Of a DNA stretch of 64,000 nt, positions 30,091-41,847 are shown piece by piece. The stretch is taken from contig JBEKIW010000002.1 of NCBI GenBank assembly GCA_050011565.1, positions 256,001 to 320,000 of the forward strand, given 5' to 3'. Below the pieces are notes generated by a model, which did no database searches, was not told the DNA's origin, and was given only the letters and a program-made list of their open reading frames with translations. This DNA comes from Dehalococcoidia bacterium (GTDB lineage: Bacteria; Chloroflexota; Dehalococcoidia; GIF9; UBA5629). Each line of letters opens with the position of its first letter. Positions within the stretch are counted from its first letter, which is position 1. The translations under genes were made by a program, and so were the position numbers.

Positions 30091-30588
30091 ATGCCAACTG
30101 TGAATCAATTAGTCAGAAAGGGACGGCGGAAGCGACCCAAGCGGACCAAAGCTCCGGCATTGGGCATTAGCTTCAATACCCTGAAGAACGTGGTTCGGCG
30201 GGATACAAGGTCACCGCAGAAGCGCGGCGTTTGCGTCATGGTCAAGACAATGACGCCGAAGAAACCAAATTCGGCTTTGCGCAAAATAGCCCGTGTGCGG
30301 CTGACAAACGGCATCGAAGTCACAGCTTACATACCGGGCGAAGGCCATAATTTGCAGGAGCACTCTGTAGTGCTTATCCGTGGCGGTAGAGTAAAGGATT
30401 TACCTGGAGTCAGATATCACATTGTACGGGGCGCTTTAGATACCGGCGGGGTGGAAAATAGGCAGCAGGGGCGGAGTAAGTATGGTGCCAAGCGAGGCAA
30501 GGCAGTGAAGATTGCGGGAGTTCCCTCGCGTGAAGATTTGGGCACACCAGCAGCAAGTAAAACAGTCAAAACTTCGGGTGAGGAATAA
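30091..30588 (+). CDS. rpsL: 30S ribosomal protein S12
   Basis: [21 protein letters not shown]. Confidence 0.97.
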   Translation: MPTVNQLVRKGRRKRPKRTKAPALGISFNTLKNVVRRDTRSPQKRGVCVMVKTMTPKKPNSALRKIARVRLTNGIEVTAYIPGEGHNLQEHSVVLIRGGRVKDLPGVRYHIVRGALDTGGVENRQQGRSKYGAKRGKAVKIAGVPSREDLGTPAASKTVKTSGEE

Positions 30589-31059
30589 ATGCCACGGCGA
30601 GCTAGGGCAACTACCAGGCAAAAAAGTCCCGACTCAAAATACGGAAGCGTTACCGTATCCATACTTGTCAATAAAATGATGTTCGGCGGTAGGAAAGCTA
30701 CGGCCGAACGTGTTGTTTACGACGCTATGGATATTGTCAATAAGAAGTTAAGCACGGAACCTTTGCCGGTCCTGGAACAGGCGCTTAAGAATGCTACGCC
30801 GGTGCTTCAGGTGAAGTCCCGGCGCGTCGGCGGCGCTACTTACCAGGTACCGATTGAGGTTGAACCCGCCCGCGGGCTGTCTCTGGCTATGCGCTGGGTT
30901 ATCGGTTTTGCCAGGGCTCGCAGCGGCAAGTCGATGGCGGAAAAATTAGCGGCGGAGGTCATTGATGCTTCTCAGGGCCAGGGAGCAAGCATTAAGAAGC
31001 GTCAAGATACTCATAAGATGGCCGAGGCAAATAAAGCTTTTGCTCATTATCGATGGTAA
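30589..31059 (+). CDS. rpsG: 30S ribosomal protein S7
   Basis: [24 protein letters not shown]. Confidence 0.97.
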   Translation: MPRRARATTRQKSPDSKYGSVTVSILVNKMMFGGRKATAERVVYDAMDIVNKKLSTEPLPVLEQALKNATPVLQVKSRRVGGATYQVPIEVEPARGLSLAMRWVIGFARARSGKSMAEKLAAEVIDASQGQGASIKKRQDTHKMAEANKAFAHYRW

Positions 31060-31118
31060 TTACAGCAGGAATTAAATCCCAACAGCCCAAAAAGGCCGTT
31101 GGGATAGGAAACAATGTC

Positions 31119-33197
31119 ATGACCCGGACTTTTCCTTTAGATAAGGTGCGGAATATAGGCATCATAGCCCATATCGATGCCGGTAAGACAACGGTTACTG
31201 AGAGGATTCTGTTTTATACGGGACGCACCTATAAGGTTGGTGCGGTGGATGAGGGGACAGCGGTAATGGACTGGATGGCACAGGAGAGGGAACGAGGTAT
31301 TACGATCACCGCAGCAGCTACCACCTGTCACTGGCAGGAACACCGTATCAATATCATTGATACGCCGGGGCATGTCGATTTTACCGCTGAGGTAGAGCGA
31401 AGTCTTCGCGTTCTGGACGGCGGCGTGGTGGTACTGGATGCCGTGGCCGGAGTCGAGGCTCAATCGGAGACGGTATGGCGGCAGGCGGATAGATACCATG
31501 TACCCAGGATTTGCTTTATCAATAAGATGGACAGGGTTGGTGCCGATTTCTATCACACCGTGGATATGATTGAGGAACGGCTGCGGGCTAAAGCTATATC
31601 GATTCAGTTGCCCTGGGGTAAGGAAAATCAATTTAAAGGGATAATAGATTTAGTCGAAAACAAAGCCTGGTTGTTTTCTGACGACGTTAATATTGCGCCG
31701 GTGGAGTCGCCGATTCCGGAGGAAGAGAGAGAAGAGGCGTCCAGGCGCAGACTGTCCATGATTGAGAGGCTGGCTGAGAATGATGACCATTTGATGTTAC
31801 TTTATGTTGAAGGTAAAGAAATCAGCGGCGAGCAGATTAAAGCTGCTATTAGAAGGTTGACTCTGGCTAATCGCATAGTGCCGGTGTTTTGCGGCACTGC
31901 ATTAAGAAATAAGGGAATACAATCGCTGCTGGATGCCGTTGTTGATTATCTGCCTTCTCCGTTGGACGTACCGCCGCTTAGTGTTATCGATTTGCAGACC
32001 GGTGAGACGGATGTTCGGCCGGCCAGTGATGATGCTCCGTTTTCAGCCCTGGCTTTTAAAGTGGTCGCAGACCCCTTTATGGGCAGGCTCGTTTATTTTC
32101 GCGTTTATTCAGGTAAAATCCAGGCGGGAAAGCAAGTCCTTAATTCCAGTAAAGGGCGCAAGGAGCGTTTGGGCAGGTTGATTCTTATGCATGCCAATCG
32201 CCGGGAGGAAATTGAAGAGGCTGATACCGGCAGCATTGCCGCCACTCTGGGCTTAAAAGACACCTTCACCGGCGACACCTTGTGTGACCCCGCTAAGCCT
32301 GTGCTTCTGGAAACTATCCGTTTCCCGGAGCCGGTACTGTCGATGGTCGTAGAACCCAAGAGCAAGGCGGACCAGGATAAACTCGGCGAAGCCATGAATA
32401 AGCTTTCCGAAGAAGACCCCACCTTTAAGGTGCGCACCGACGCGGAAACGGGACAGACACTTATTTCCGGAATGGGCGAGCTGCATCTGGAGGTTTTGAT
32501 AGACCGCATGCTCCGTGAGTTTAACGTGAAGGTGAGCGTGGGTAAGCCGCAGGTGGCTTATAAGGAGACCATTACCGTGCCGGTAGAATCAGAAGGCAGA
32601 TTTATCCGTCAGTTCGGCGGCCATGGCCAATACGGGCATGTATGGCTCAAGCTCGAGCCGGGTGAACGGGGCAGCGGCTTCAGGTTCGTTGACCAGATTC
32701 GCGGTGGAGACGTACCCAAGGAGTATATTCCGGAAGTTGAAGCCGGTGTGAAGGAAGCTTTAGAAAGTGGTGTCGTCGCCGGCTATCCGATAGTAGATAT
32801 CAAGGCGACCGCGTTTGATGGTAGCTTCCATGAGGTGGATTCCTCTGATTTAGCTTTCAAAATGGCAGGTTCCATAGCCCTCAAGGAAGGTGTGCGTAAG
32901 GCTAAACCGGTAATACTGGAGCCTATTATGAAGTTGGAGGTCGTCATGCCGGCCCAATTCCTGGGCGAGGTCATCGGAGACCTGAATTCAAGAAGAGGAC
33001 ACATCGATGGTATCGAGACTCACGGTGAAACTTGCGTGGTCCGGGCTCTGGTCCCACTGGCTGAGACTTTTGGTTATGCCACGATTCTCAGGTCACTGAG
33101 CCAGGGCAGAGCAACCTATTCACTGGAGTTTAACTGTTACAGAGAGTTACCAGTTAATCTGGCTGAGCAAATAGAGGTCAGGGTCAGGGGTAGATAA
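31119..33197 (+). CDS. fusA: Elongation factor G
   Basis: [30 protein letters not shown]; start moved to ATG 31119. Confidence 0.96.
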   Translation: MTRTFPLDKVRNIGIIAHIDAGKTTVTERILFYTGRTYKVGAVDEGTAVMDWMAQERERGITITAAATTCHWQEHRINIIDTPGHVDFTAEVERSLRVLDGGVVVLDAVAGVEAQSETVWRQADRYHVPRICFINKMDRVGADFYHTVDMIEERLRAKAISIQLPWGKENQFKGIIDLVENKAWLFSDDVNIAPVESPIPEEEREEASRRRLSMIERLAENDDHLMLLYVEGKEISGEQIKAAIRRLTLANRIVPVFCGTALRNKGIQSLLDAVVDYLPSPLDVPPLSVIDLQTGETDVRPASDDAPFSALAFKVVADPFMGRLVYFRVYSGKIQAGKQVLNSSKGRKERLGRLILMHANRREEIEEADTGSIAATLGLKDTFTGDTLCDPAKPVLLETIRFPEPVLSMVVEPKSKADQDKLGEAMNKLSEEDPTFKVRTDAETGQTLISGMGELHLEVLIDRMLREFNVKVSVGKPQVAYKETITVPVESEGRFIRQFGGHGQYGHVWLKLEPGERGSGFRFVDQIRGGDVPKEYIPEVEAGVKEALESGVVAGYPIVDIKATAFDGSFHEVDSSDLAFKMAGSIALKEGVRKAKPVILEPIMKLEVVMPAQFLGEVIGDLNSRRGHIDGIETHGETCVVRALVPLAETFGYATILRSLSQGRATYSLEFNCYRELPVNLAEQIEVRVRGR

Positions 33198-33505
33198 TGC
33201 CTAAACAAAAGATTCGAATCAGAATAAAGGGATATGACCACAGATTAGTTGACCAGTCCGTGGAACAGATTGTAGAGACTGCGGAGCGCACCGGTGCTGT
33301 CGTAATCGGCCCCGTGCCCCTGCCTACTCAAATCGAGAAGTTTTGTGTTATTCGCTCTCCCTTTATTGATAAAGATTCGCGAGAACAATTCGAGATGCGT
33401 ACGCACAAGCGCCTTATCGATATCCTGGGGCCGACTTCAAAAACTATAGACGCATTGACTCAGCTCCAGCTGCCCTCAGGGGTGGAAATAGATATCAGGT
33501 TATAG
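33197..33505 (+). CDS. rpsJ: 30S ribosomal protein S10
   Basis: [23 protein letters not shown]. Confidence 0.97.
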   Translation: MPKQKIRIRIKGYDHRLVDQSVEQIVETAERTGAVVIGPVPLPTQIEKFCVIRSPFIDKDSREQFEMRTHKRLIDILGPTSKTIDALTQLQLPSGVEIDIRL

Positions 33506-33512
33506 CCGTAAA

Positions 33513-34130
33513 ATGATTCAGGGTTTAATTGGCAGGAAAGTAGGTATGACGCAACTTTTCCAGGACGATGGAGAAGTGGTGGTTACAGCCATTGAAGCCG
33601 GTCCTTGCTTTATTACTCAAGTAAAGACCGAGGCTAAGGATGGTTATAATGCTGTTCAGCTTGGCTTTGGAGAAGCCAAGCGACTTAGCTCTCCGGAGAA
33701 AGGTCACGTAAAAGAGATTGGTCAGCTGAAACATTTGCGGGAATTTCCAGTTGATGATGTCGAGTCTGCTCAGGTAGGGCAGAAAATTGACGCTGATATG
33801 TTTAAGCCCGGCGATTTAATTAATGTTATCGGCATATCAAAAGGCAAGGGCTTTGCCGGTGTGGTAAAGCGCCATCATTTTGCCGGTGGCCCCAAGACCC
33901 ACGGGCAGTCCGACCGCCATCGAGCTCCGGGCTCGATTGGTGCCACGACGTCACCGGGACGGGTATTTAAGGGAACACGCATGGCAGGGCACATGGGAGA
34001 CAGGCGGGTGACACAGCGCAATCTTAAAGTGCTCAATGTGGATTTAGCCCGCCACTTATTATTGGTGAGGGGAGCAGTACCCGGTGCTAGGAAGGGACTG
34101 TTGCTGATTAAGAAAGCCGGTGGGGGATAA
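33513..34130 (+). CDS. rplC: 50S ribosomal protein L3
   Basis: KVGMTQ, KGKGFAGVVKRH. Confidence 0.97.
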   Translation: MIQGLIGRKVGMTQLFQDDGEVVVTAIEAGPCFITQVKTEAKDGYNAVQLGFGEAKRLSSPEKGHVKEIGQLKHLREFPVDDVESAQVGQKIDADMFKPGDLINVIGISKGKGFAGVVKRHHFAGGPKTHGQSDRHRAPGSIGATTSPGRVFKGTRMAGHMGDRRVTQRNLKVLNVDLARHLLLVRGAVPGARKGLLLIKKAGGG

Positions 34131-34135
34131 ATAGA

Positions 34136-34792
34136 GTGAAATTTCAAGTCTATAATTTGAATGGTAAAGCGACTAAGCAAATCGAAATAAGAGACGATAT
34201 CTTTGCTGTTTCCTTTAATGAGGCTGTGGTGCATCAGGCGTTGGTCAGGCAGTTGGCAGATAAACGTCTGGGAACTGCTGATACTAAGAGAAGAGGCGAG
34301 GTTACTGGCAGCGGCAGGAAAATTCATGCACAAAAGCATACCGGCCGGGCGCGTCGCGGCGATATCAGGTCGCCCATGCTCAAAGGCGGGGGAGTCGCTT
34401 TTGGTCCCCACCCCAGGAGCTATCGGCAGGATATGCCCAAAAAGATGCGCCGTTTGGCTTTGAAGTGCGTCCTTTCGGATAAAGCAGGCAGCGGAGAGCT
34501 GAAAATTGTGGACAAACTTAAGCTTGATAGCCTGAAAACGAGGGCGGTGCTGGATATGTTGATAGCGCTGGGTATTGGCGATTCTGTAATCATCGCCACC
34601 GCCGGAGCTCAAGCTAATTTGGTTAAGTCAGCGCGTAATTTAGCGGGCGTCAAAACAATACCGGCGCCTTTGCTTAGCGTCGGTGAATTACTGTCATATA
34701 AGGACATAGTAATGGATGTCGATGCGATTCGGAAGGTGGAAAAGATTTGGGGCGAAAAGCCGGTAGCGGAGGCGGCGGCCAGCACCGGATAA
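34136..34792 (+). CDS. rplD: 50S ribosomal protein L4
   Basis: QKHTGRAR, GGGVAFGP. Confidence 0.96.
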   Translation: MKFQVYNLNGKATKQIEIRDDIFAVSFNEAVVHQALVRQLADKRLGTADTKRRGEVTGSGRKIHAQKHTGRARRGDIRSPMLKGGGVAFGPHPRSYRQDMPKKMRRLALKCVLSDKAGSGELKIVDKLKLDSLKTRAVLDMLIALGIGDSVIIATAGAQANLVKSARNLAGVKTIPAPLLSVGELLSYKDIVMDVDAIRKVEKIWGEKPVAEAAASTG

Positions 34793-34813
34793 TATTCTGA
34801 GGTTTTGTTAAGT

Positions 34814-35098
34814 ATGCATCCTTATCAGGTAGTAAAAAGACCTTTGATAACTGAAAAGGCTACGATTATGAAAGAGCGAAATAAGTACGCCTTTGAAGTG
34901 ATGAAAGAGGCTAACAAGCGACAAATTAAGGAGGCCGTAGAGGTTGCCTTCAAGGTTAATGTCGTTAAAGTTACTGTTATGACTGTCCCGGGGAAGATGA
35001 GAAGAATAGGCAAACGGCAGGCGCTGACACCGACCTGGAAGAAGGCGGTTGTTACCCTGACACCGGGAGAAAAGATAGAGTTCTTCGAGGGAGTTTAA
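34814..35098 (+). CDS. rplW: 50S ribosomal protein L23
   Basis: RPLITEK, WKKAVVTL. Confidence 0.96.
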   Translation: MHPYQVVKRPLITEKATIMKERNKYAFEVMKEANKRQIKEAVEVAFKVNVVKVTVMTVPGKMRRIGKRQALTPTWKKAVVTLTPGEKIEFFEGV

Positions 35099-35117
35099 TT
35101 AAGGTAGGGGAATAGAA

Positions 35118-35213
35118 TTGGGCTCAGTTATTAAAAAACGGAAGAAAAAAATGGCGAAGCATAAGCATCGCAAGCTCCTGAGAAAGACGCGATGGCAAAG
35201 GAGACATCCCTAG
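35118..35213 (+). CDS. Small basic ribosomal protein, bS22/AURKAIP1-COX24 family (31 aa)
   Basis: Manual translation from TTG: [31 protein letters not shown]; AGGGG RBS. Confidence 0.85.
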   Translation: [31 protein letters not shown]

Positions 35214-35231
35214 ACTTAGGGGAGGCAAGCT

Positions 35232-36053
35232 TTGGCATTAAAAACTTATCGCCCAACATCACCTGGCAGGCGGGGCATGGTTAGCGCCTCTTTTGAGGAA
35301 ATAACCAAGACAGTTCCCGAGAGATCGCTATTGTTGCCGATTAGGAAAAAAGCGGGGCGTAACAATAGAGGTGTAGTAACGGTGCGGCATAGGGGTGGCG
35401 GCGCTAAACGTAGATTACGGATAATCGACTTTAAGCGAGATAAAATAGATGTTCAGGGGAAGGTAGTTGCCGTTGAATATGACCCGAACCGCTCGGCTCG
35501 TATTGCTCTTATTTATTACGCCGACGGAGAGAAACGTTACATTCTGGCGCCTCTTGGTCTCAATGTGGGTGACACCATAATGACCGGAGAGGGTGCGGAG
35601 ATAAAGCCCGGTAATACCCTGCCGCTAAGCGCGATTCCGGATGGTACATTGATTCATAATCTTGAATTTGAACCTGGAAAAGGCGGGCAGATAGTGCGTA
35701 GTGCCGGCACAGCAGCTCAGCTTTTGGGTAAAGAGGGCAGATATGCGCTTGTTCGTTTGCCTTCCGGTGAGGTACGGCGTTTTTTGAGCGATTGCTTGGC
35801 TACCGTGGGGCAAGTATGCAATGTTGAACATCAAGGCGTGAAGTCGGGCAAGGCTGGGCGGATACGATTGCTAGGACGGCGCCCCCAAGTTCGAGGCTCA
35901 GCCATGACGCCACGTGACCACCCCCATGGTGGAGGTGAAGGTAGAGCGCCCAGGGGAATGGCGCCAAGCACACCGTGGGGTAAGCAGGCTTTGGGACCGA
36001 AGACGCGCCGGAACAAGGCTTCAGATAGATTAATTGTCAAGCGTCGGAAATAG
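35232..36053 (+). CDS. rplB: 50S ribosomal protein L2
   Basis: [17 protein letters not shown]. Confidence 0.97.
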   Translation: MALKTYRPTSPGRRGMVSASFEEITKTVPERSLLLPIRKKAGRNNRGVVTVRHRGGGAKRRLRIIDFKRDKIDVQGKVVAVEYDPNRSARIALIYYADGEKRYILAPLGLNVGDTIMTGEGAEIKPGNTLPLSAIPDGTLIHNLEFEPGKGGQIVRSAGTAAQLLGKEGRYALVRLPSGEVRRFLSDCLATVGQVCNVEHQGVKSGKAGRIRLLGRRPQVRGSAMTPRDHPHGGGEGRAPRGMAPSTPWGKQALGPKTRRNKASDRLIVKRRK

Positions 36054-36080
36054 AAAGGTAGTTGAAAAGGCAGGAACAGA

Positions 36081-36380
36081 ATGTCACGCTCATCTAAAAA
36101 AGGTCCTTATTGTGACGCTAAGTTACTTAGAAAGATAACAACGCTGAATCGTTCCGGAGAGAAGGTAGTGATAAAGACCTGGTCACGTGCCTCTACAGTA
36201 ATGCCGGAGATGATAGGTCATACAATTGGCGTACATGATGGGCGACGGCATGTGCCTATCTTTATCACTGAGAATATGGTAGGGCACAAGCTTGGCGAAT
36301 TCGCTATAACCCGGACATTCCGCGGGCATGTTAGCAAGGCGCAAGTAACTGTTGTGCCAAAGAAGCCGGAAGCGGTATAA
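36081..36380 (+). CDS. rpsS: 30S ribosomal protein S19
   Basis: [16 protein letters not shown]. Confidence 0.97.
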   Translation: MSRSSKKGPYCDAKLLRKITTLNRSGEKVVIKTWSRASTVMPEMIGHTIGVHDGRRHVPIFITENMVGHKLGEFAITRTFRGHVSKAQVTVVPKKPEAV

Positions 36381-36383
36381 ACG

Positions 36384-36737
36384 ATGAAAGTATCAGCCAT
36401 ATCTAAAGATGTTCGTGTTTCGTCTCGTAAAGTCAAGCTGATTGTAGACATGGTACGAGGCAGAAAAGTTGATGAGGCTTTGACCATCCTCAGGTTCTTG
36501 CCGCCTACGCTGGCAGCGCAGGCTGTGGCTAAGACGATTAAGTCGGCAGCAGCAAATGCGGAAAATAATTTTCAGATGGAACCTGCTGGGCTTAAGATAA
36601 CCGATATCTTCGCTAATGAGGGACATACTTTCAAGAGATTCCGGGCACAGGCACGGGGTCGGATTAATCCTATTTTGAAGCGAAGTACTCATATCAATGT
36701 TTTCGTTGCCGAGGAGGAAGAGCAAAGTGGGACATAA
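36384..36737 (+). CDS. rplV: 50S ribosomal protein L22
   Basis: SAAANAENN, RAQARGR. Confidence 0.96.
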   Translation: MKVSAISKDVRVSSRKVKLIVDMVRGRKVDEALTILRFLPPTLAAQAVAKTIKSAAANAENNFQMEPAGLKITDIFANEGHTFKRFRAQARGRINPILKRSTHINVFVAEEEEQSGT

Positions 36738-37398
36738 GGTACACCCTTACGGTTTTAGAATCGGTATCATCCGGGGTTGGCTGGCCAAGTGGTACGACGA
36801 GAAGCACTATGCCGAGTTTCTGCATGAAGATTTGAAGTTGCGCCGGGCCATTAATGAGAGGTGCGCTGACGGCGGCATTGCCAGGACGGAAATTGACCAC
36901 CAGGGTAATGAAATTCTGGTAACTTTGTTTTCCTCACGCCCCGGCATTGTTATTGGCAGAGGAGGACAGCGCGCTGAAGAGTTGAGGTCATACTTAGAGG
37001 AAATCGGTGGCAAGAGAGTGCGGCTGTCGATAAAAGAGGTCGAGCAACCTGAATTGGAAGCTCGATTGGTGGCCAAGAATGTGGCTGACCAGCTTGAACG
37101 CCGGATGGCTTTCAGGAGAGCCATGAAGCAAGCAGCTTTCAGGACAATGCAAGCCGGTGCCAAAGGAGTGAAGATAAGCTGTGCCGGAAGGTTGGGCGGC
37201 AACGAGATTGCTCGCCGTGAAACCACTCTCCAGGGCCAGTTGCCGTTACATACACTTACTGCCGATATTGACTATGGTTTTGCTGAAGCTCGCACTACGC
37301 TGGGCAATATCGGAGTTAAAGTCTGGGTTTACAAAGGTCATATTTATCCTGAAGTAAGGAGAGAAAGTGCTACAGCCGAAAAGAGTGAAGTATCGTAA
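36727..37398 (+). CDS. rpsC: 30S ribosomal protein S3
   Basis: [20 protein letters not shown]; GTG start 36727. Confidence 0.96.
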   Translation: MGHKVHPYGFRIGIIRGWLAKWYDEKHYAEFLHEDLKLRRAINERCADGGIARTEIDHQGNEILVTLFSSRPGIVIGRGGQRAEELRSYLEEIGGKRVRLSIKEVEQPELEARLVAKNVADQLERRMAFRRAMKQAAFRTMQAGAKGVKISCAGRLGGNEIARRETTLQGQLPLHTLTADIDYGFAEARTTLGNIGVKVWVYKGHIYPEVRRESATAEKSEVS

Positions 37399-37798
37399 AA
37401 CTCATCGAGGGCAAATGAGAGGCAAGGCCCATGCCGGGAGCACTCTTGTTTTTGGTGAGTTCGGGCTGCAGGCTCAGGAAGCGGCATGGTTGACTTCCAG
37501 GCAGATTGAAGCTGCTCGCCGTGTCATCGTTCGTTATCTACGTCGTGGTGGGCAGATGTGGATTCGCATCTTTCCGGATAAGCCGGTGACCAAGAAACCG
37601 GCGGAGACGCGCATGGGCAGTGGTAAAGGTGCTCCCGACCACTGGGTAGCCGTGGTCAGGCCGGGAAGAATGCTATACGAAATAGGCGGCATAAAAGAAA
37701 ATATGGCCAAAGAAGCATTGCATTTAGCTGCGTATAAGCTGCCTATTGCTACCAGGTTTGTAGCCAAAGAGACGGTTAAAGAAGAGGTAACAAGTTGA
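37367..37798 (+). CDS. rplP: 50S ribosomal protein L16
   Basis: [14 protein letters not shown]. Confidence 0.97.
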   Translation: MLQPKRVKYRKTHRGQMRGKAHAGSTLVFGEFGLQAQEAAWLTSRQIEAARRVIVRYLRRGGQMWIRIFPDKPVTKKPAETRMGSGKGAPDHWVAVVRPGRMLYEIGGIKENMAKEALHLAAYKLPIATRFVAKETVKEEVTS

Positions 37799-37992
37799 AG
37801 GTTGACGAAGTTCGCTCTTTAGCCGATGCGGAATTATTAAAGCGGCTAGGTGAAGCTCGCCAGGAGCTTTTTAATTTAAAAATTCGCTTATCTACCCGGC
37901 AACTTGCCAATCATCGCGAGCTGCCTAAGGTAAAGAAGAAAATCGCCAGAATGGAGACAATATTAAAAGAGAGGGAGCTTGGCATAAGATAG
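37795..37992 (+). CDS. rpmC: 50S ribosomal protein L29
   Basis: [15 protein letters not shown]; position. Confidence 0.94.
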   Translation: MKVDEVRSLADAELLKRLGEARQELFNLKIRLSTRQLANHRELPKVKKKIARMETILKERELGIR

Positions 37993-37995
37993 CTT

Positions 37996-38277
37996 ATGAA
38001 AGAGAATCGAAAAACGAGAACCGGCACCGTAATCAGCGATAAGATGGATAAAACGGTGATAGTATTGGTGGAAAGCTTAAGACGTCACCCTCTTTATAAG
38101 AAAGTGGTCAGGGAAGCCTCCAAATTCAAGGTCCATGATGCGACCAATGCATGCAAAGTTGGTGACGTGGTCAAGATTGTTGAGACCCGTCCTTTATCTA
38201 AAGATAAATGTTGGCGGGTGGTTGAAATAATAGGCAGGAAGGAAGTGGCTGAGAAAGAGCCGACGGAAGTAATCTAG
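37996..38277 (+). CDS. rpsQ: 30S ribosomal protein S17
   Basis: SDKMDKT, ETRPLSK. Confidence 0.96.
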   Translation: MKENRKTRTGTVISDKMDKTVIVLVESLRRHPLYKKVVREASKFKVHDATNACKVGDVVKIVETRPLSKDKCWRVVEIIGRKEVAEKEPTEVI

Positions 38278-38298
38278 ATTCAGTCAGGTATAGAGACA

Positions 38299-38667
38299 GT
38301 GATTCAGCCTTACACCAGACTAAAAGTAGCCGATAATACCGGAGCCCGGCAGATAATGTGTATCAACGTGCCTGGCGGCACGCGGAGGAGATATGCTACT
38401 GTCGGCGATATTATTGTGGGTACAGTGAAGCGAGCCATACCCGGCGGTGTGGTCAAAAAGAGCGAAGTCGTTAGGGCAGTAGTGGTGCGTGTAACCCAGC
38501 AACATCATCGTCCGGATGGCTCTTATATTAGATTCGATGACAATGCAGCAGTTATCCTGGATGACAAAAACAACCCCAGAGGAACTCGTATTTTTGGTCC
38601 AGTGGCCAGAGAGCTCCGAGATAAAAATTTTATGAAGATAATATCCCTGGCTCCTGAGGTTCTGTGA
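38299..38667 (+). CDS. rplN: 50S ribosomal protein L14
   Basis: [19 protein letters not shown]. Confidence 0.97.
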   Translation: MIQPYTRLKVADNTGARQIMCINVPGGTRRRYATVGDIIVGTVKRAIPGGVVKKSEVVRAVVVRVTQQHHRPDGSYIRFDDNAAVILDDKNNPRGTRIFGPVARELRDKNFMKIISLAPEVL

Positions 38668-38668
38668 A

Positions 38669-38980
38669 ATGAAGATTAGGAAAAATGATACGGTCCTGGT
38701 TATCGCCGGCAAAGATAGAGGTAAGAAGGGCAAGGTACGAAAGGCTTTACCCAGGAAAGATAAGGTTATAGTAGAAGGCGTTAATATGATTAAGCGCCAT
38801 TCCCGAGCTAAAGGTCAAGCCAGGCAGGCCGGCATAATTGAACTGGAAGCGCCCCTGGACATATCTAATGTCATGTTGATTTGCAACAAATGTAATAAGC
38901 CGGCCAGGGTGGGCTTTCGTTTTCTCAGTGATGGTAGAAAAGCGAGAGTCTGTCGCTCCTGTGATGAAGTAATCGACTGA
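38669..38980 (+). CDS. rplX: 50S ribosomal protein L24
   Basis: [14 protein letters not shown] motif. Confidence 0.96.
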   Translation: MKIRKNDTVLVIAGKDRGKKGKVRKALPRKDKVIVEGVNMIKRHSRAKGQARQAGIIELEAPLDISNVMLICNKCNKPARVGFRFLSDGRKARVCRSCDEVID

Positions 38981-38994
38981 TTGAAAGGTGCATT

Positions 38995-39543
38995 TTGCCA
39001 GTATCCCGCTTGAAAGAAAAATATAACAAAGAAGTGGTGCCCGAGCTAATGCGTAAGTTCGGGTACAAGAATGTGATGCAGGTGCCGAGGCTCAGCAAAA
39101 TCGTACTAAATATCGGCCTGGGCGAAGCGATACAAAACCCGAAGGCTCTAGAAAGCGCGGAAAAGGATTTGGCGGCTATTTCGGGTCAGCATCCCGTAAT
39201 CACCCGGGCTAAGCAGTCTATTGCCGCCTTTAAACTCAGAGCCGGAATGCCTATCGGCATGATGGTGATACTGCATGGCGGACGGATGTATGACTTCTTC
39301 GATAAACTGGTCAGTGTTGTTTTAGCGCGGATGAGGGATTTTCAAGGAGTGTCCCGGGATTCGTTCGATGGCAAAGGCAACTACACCTTGGGCATTAAGG
39401 AACAGGTAGTTTTTCCTGAGATTGACTACGATAAAGTGGATAAGCTGCGAGGATTTGAAATAATCATCGTCACTACTGCGAATAGCAATGAGGAAGGCAG
39501 GAGCCTGCTTGAGTCTATGGGCATGCCTTTTAGAAGGAGTTAG
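38995..39543 (+). CDS. rplE: 50S ribosomal protein L5
   Basis: KIVLNIG, FDGKGNY, FPEIDYD. Confidence 0.97.
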   Translation: MPVSRLKEKYNKEVVPELMRKFGYKNVMQVPRLSKIVLNIGLGEAIQNPKALESAEKDLAAISGQHPVITRAKQSIAAFKLRAGMPIGMMVILHGGRMYDFFDKLVSVVLARMRDFQGVSRDSFDGKGNYTLGIKEQVVFPEIDYDKVDKLRGFEIIIVTTANSNEEGRSLLESMGMPFRRS

Positions 39544-39554
39544 ATTCTCATAAA

Positions 39555-39740
39555 ATGGCAAAATTATCTATGGTTTTAAAATCACAGCGTCCTCCTAAGT
39601 ACAAAGTGCAGCACCGGAGCAGATGCAAATTGTGCGGTAGACCGCGTGCCTACATACGCAAATTCGGTTTGTGCCGTATTTGTTTTCGGGAGCGGGCTTT
39701 AAAAGGTGAAATCCCGGGGGTTAGAAAATCTAGCTGGTGA
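39555..39740 (+). CDS. rpsZ: 30S ribosomal protein S14, Zn-binding type
   Basis: [15 protein letters not shown]. Confidence 0.95.
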   Translation: MAKLSMVLKSQRPPKYKVQHRSRCKLCGRPRAYIRKFGLCRICFRERALKGEIPGVRKSSW

Positions 39741-39766
39741 TTGAAAGCGCTGGAGGCATAAATTAA

Positions 39767-40159
39767 ATGGTTACTGACCCGATAGCTGATATGTTAACTC
39801 GGATTCGAAACGCAATCATGGCACACCATGATAGCGTGCAAATGCCGGCTTCGAGAATTAAGCTATCTATCGCCAAGATACTTAAAGACGAGGGATTTGT
39901 AGCCGATTATACCGTTCTCAAGGGTAAACCGCAGCGGATAATTAAGATATCTTTGAAATACATGGACGGACGCCCTGCCATTGCCGGTTTAGAAAGAGCC
40001 AGCAAGCCGGGGCTGAGATTGTATGTTGGCGGTCATGAAATTCCCCGTGTCTATGGTGGGCTTGGCATTTCTATTTTGTCCACCTCCAAGGGTGTTATGT
40101 CCGGCCAGGAGGCATGGCATAAAAATATAGGTGGTGAATTATTATGCTACATTTGGTAA
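39767..40159 (+). CDS. rpsH: 30S ribosomal protein S8
   Basis: [18 protein letters not shown]. Confidence 0.97.
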   Translation: MVTDPIADMLTRIRNAIMAHHDSVQMPASRIKLSIAKILKDEGFVADYTVLKGKPQRIIKISLKYMDGRPAIAGLERASKPGLRLYVGGHEIPRVYGGLGISILSTSKGVMSGQEAWHKNIGGELLCYIW

Positions 40160-40181
40160 ATAAGCTTTTGGAGAATAGTTA

Positions 40182-40733
40182 GTGTCTCGAATAGGGTTAA
40201 TGCCCATACCTGTGCCTCAAGGCGTCAAAGTCAACATTAAGGGCAATGAAGTGACGGTTGAGGGCACCAAGGGTAAGCTGGTACGCTTGTTTCACCCCGA
40301 TATTTCTATTGCGTTAAAGGATGGAAATTTGATAGTGTCGCGACCCTCCGATAATAGAAATCATCGTGCTCTACACGGTTTAACTCGAAGTCTTTTGGCT
40401 AACATGGTTGAGGGCGTAACCAAGGGGTTTGAAAAGGTCCTTGAACTGAGAGGTGTTGGGTACCGGGCACAAAAAGTCGGCAATAAAGTATCTCTGCAAA
40501 TCGGGTTCAGCCATCCGGTAGAGTTTACGCCTTCGGCTGGCGTGGAGATTATGGTTGATGGGACAAACCGGCTTCGAATTGTTGGCATTGACAAGGAGGC
40601 TGTGGGCGAGACCGCGGCTCAAATTAGATCTCTGCGGCCCGTGGACTCATATAAGGGCAAAGGCGTTAAATATGCCGGCGAGAAACTAAGGCTTAAACCC
40701 GGTAAAGCGGGCAAGGCAGCGCTGAAAGGATAA
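40182..40733 (+). CDS. rplF: 50S ribosomal protein L6
   Basis: GVGYRA, YKGKGVKY. Confidence 0.97.
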   Translation: MSRIGLMPIPVPQGVKVNIKGNEVTVEGTKGKLVRLFHPDISIALKDGNLIVSRPSDNRNHRALHGLTRSLLANMVEGVTKGFEKVLELRGVGYRAQKVGNKVSLQIGFSHPVEFTPSAGVEIMVDGTNRLRIVGIDKEAVGETAAQIRSLRPVDSYKGKGVKYAGEKLRLKPGKAGKAALKG

Positions 40734-40739
40734 TAAGCA

Positions 40740-41108
40740 TTGGCGGTAAGGACTGATACAAGAGTAGCGCGAAAGCGAAGGCACGAGCGGGTTAGAGCCA
40801 GGGTAATCGGCACTGACGCTAGACCGCGGCTTTGCGTTTTCCGCAGCTTGAAAAATATTCATGCTCAGGTTATAGACGATTCTACAGGGTATACGCTGGT
40901 TTCGGCGAGCAGTCTGGACGCGGATATAAAGGAAAAAATCACGGGGAAGAAAAAAACGGAAGTTGCCGAACAAGTTGGCTCCCTCGTGGCTCAGCGTGCT
41001 TTAAATAAAGGCATTAAAAAGTTAGCATTTGATAGAGGCGGCTATAAGTATCATGGACGGATAAAAGCTCTGGCGGAAGCTGCCAGAAAAGCCGGCCTGG
41101 ATTTTTGA
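40740..41108 (+). CDS. rplR: 50S ribosomal protein L18
   Basis: [20 protein letters not shown]. Confidence 0.97.
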   Translation: MAVRTDTRVARKRRHERVRARVIGTDARPRLCVFRSLKNIHAQVIDDSTGYTLVSASSLDADIKEKITGKKKTEVAEQVGSLVAQRALNKGIKKLAFDRGGYKYHGRIKALAEAARKAGLDF

Positions 41109-41117
41109 GGTTTAAAG

Positions 41118-41660
41118 ATGAAAGCAATTAAGAGATTAATTCAGGAAAAAACCCGCGTTGATGCTAGCGAGCTTGAACTTAGCGAAAAGCTAGTGTCACT
41201 TAACCGCATAACCAAGGTTGTCAAAGGCGGTAAGCGTCTTCGTTTTAGGGCGCTGGTAGTTGTCGGCGATAGCAACGGGCATGTCGGAATGGGCCTGGGT
41301 AAGGCCAAGGAAGTACCGGAGGCAATTCGCAAGGCTGGTGTTAGAGCTCGGAAGGGGCTTTATAAAGTAACTATGTCAGCGACTACCATACCTCACGAGG
41401 TTCTGGCTAAGTCGGGAGCGGCCAAGGTATTACTTAAGCCGGCATCACCCGGGACTGGAGTTATCGCCGGCGGTAGTGTTCGAGCGGTGCTTGAAGCTGC
41501 CGGTATAAAAGATGTCCTTAGCAAGTCTCTGGGTAGCTCTAATCCGGTTAATGTAGTTAGAGCGACGATATTGGCTTTGGCTAGCTTAGAAAACCCTGAG
41601 GCAGCGGTAGCCAGGCGCAAAGCTGAACTTGAGGTTAAGGAGGCCAGGTCGAGTGGCTAA
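41118..41660 (+). CDS. rpsE: 30S ribosomal protein S5
   Basis: [15 protein letters not shown]. Confidence 0.97.
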   Translation: MKAIKRLIQEKTRVDASELELSEKLVSLNRITKVVKGGKRLRFRALVVVGDSNGHVGMGLGKAKEVPEAIRKAGVRARKGLYKVTMSATTIPHEVLAKSGAAKVLLKPASPGTGVIAGGSVRAVLEAAGIKDVLSKSLGSSNPVNVVRATILALASLENPEAAVARRKAELEVKEARSSG

Positions 41661-41847
41661 ATTGCGTATTAAATGGATAAAGAGTGATATCGGATTTGCC
41701 AGAGTACAGAAACGAACCTTGAAAGCTCTGGGTTTTCATCGCCTTAATGAAACAGTAGAGCAGGAAGATACGCCTTCGGTTAGAGGTATGATAGTTAAAG
41801 TCAGTCATTTAGTTAAAGTGGAAGTGGTCAGCGATGCTGCAGCATAA
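41653..41847 (+). CDS. rpmD: 50S ribosomal protein L30
   Basis: [18 protein letters not shown]; GTG start 41653. Confidence 0.93.
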   Translation: MAKLRIKWIKSDIGFARVQKRTLKALGFHRLNETVEQEDTPSVRGMIVKVSHLVKVEVVSDAAA

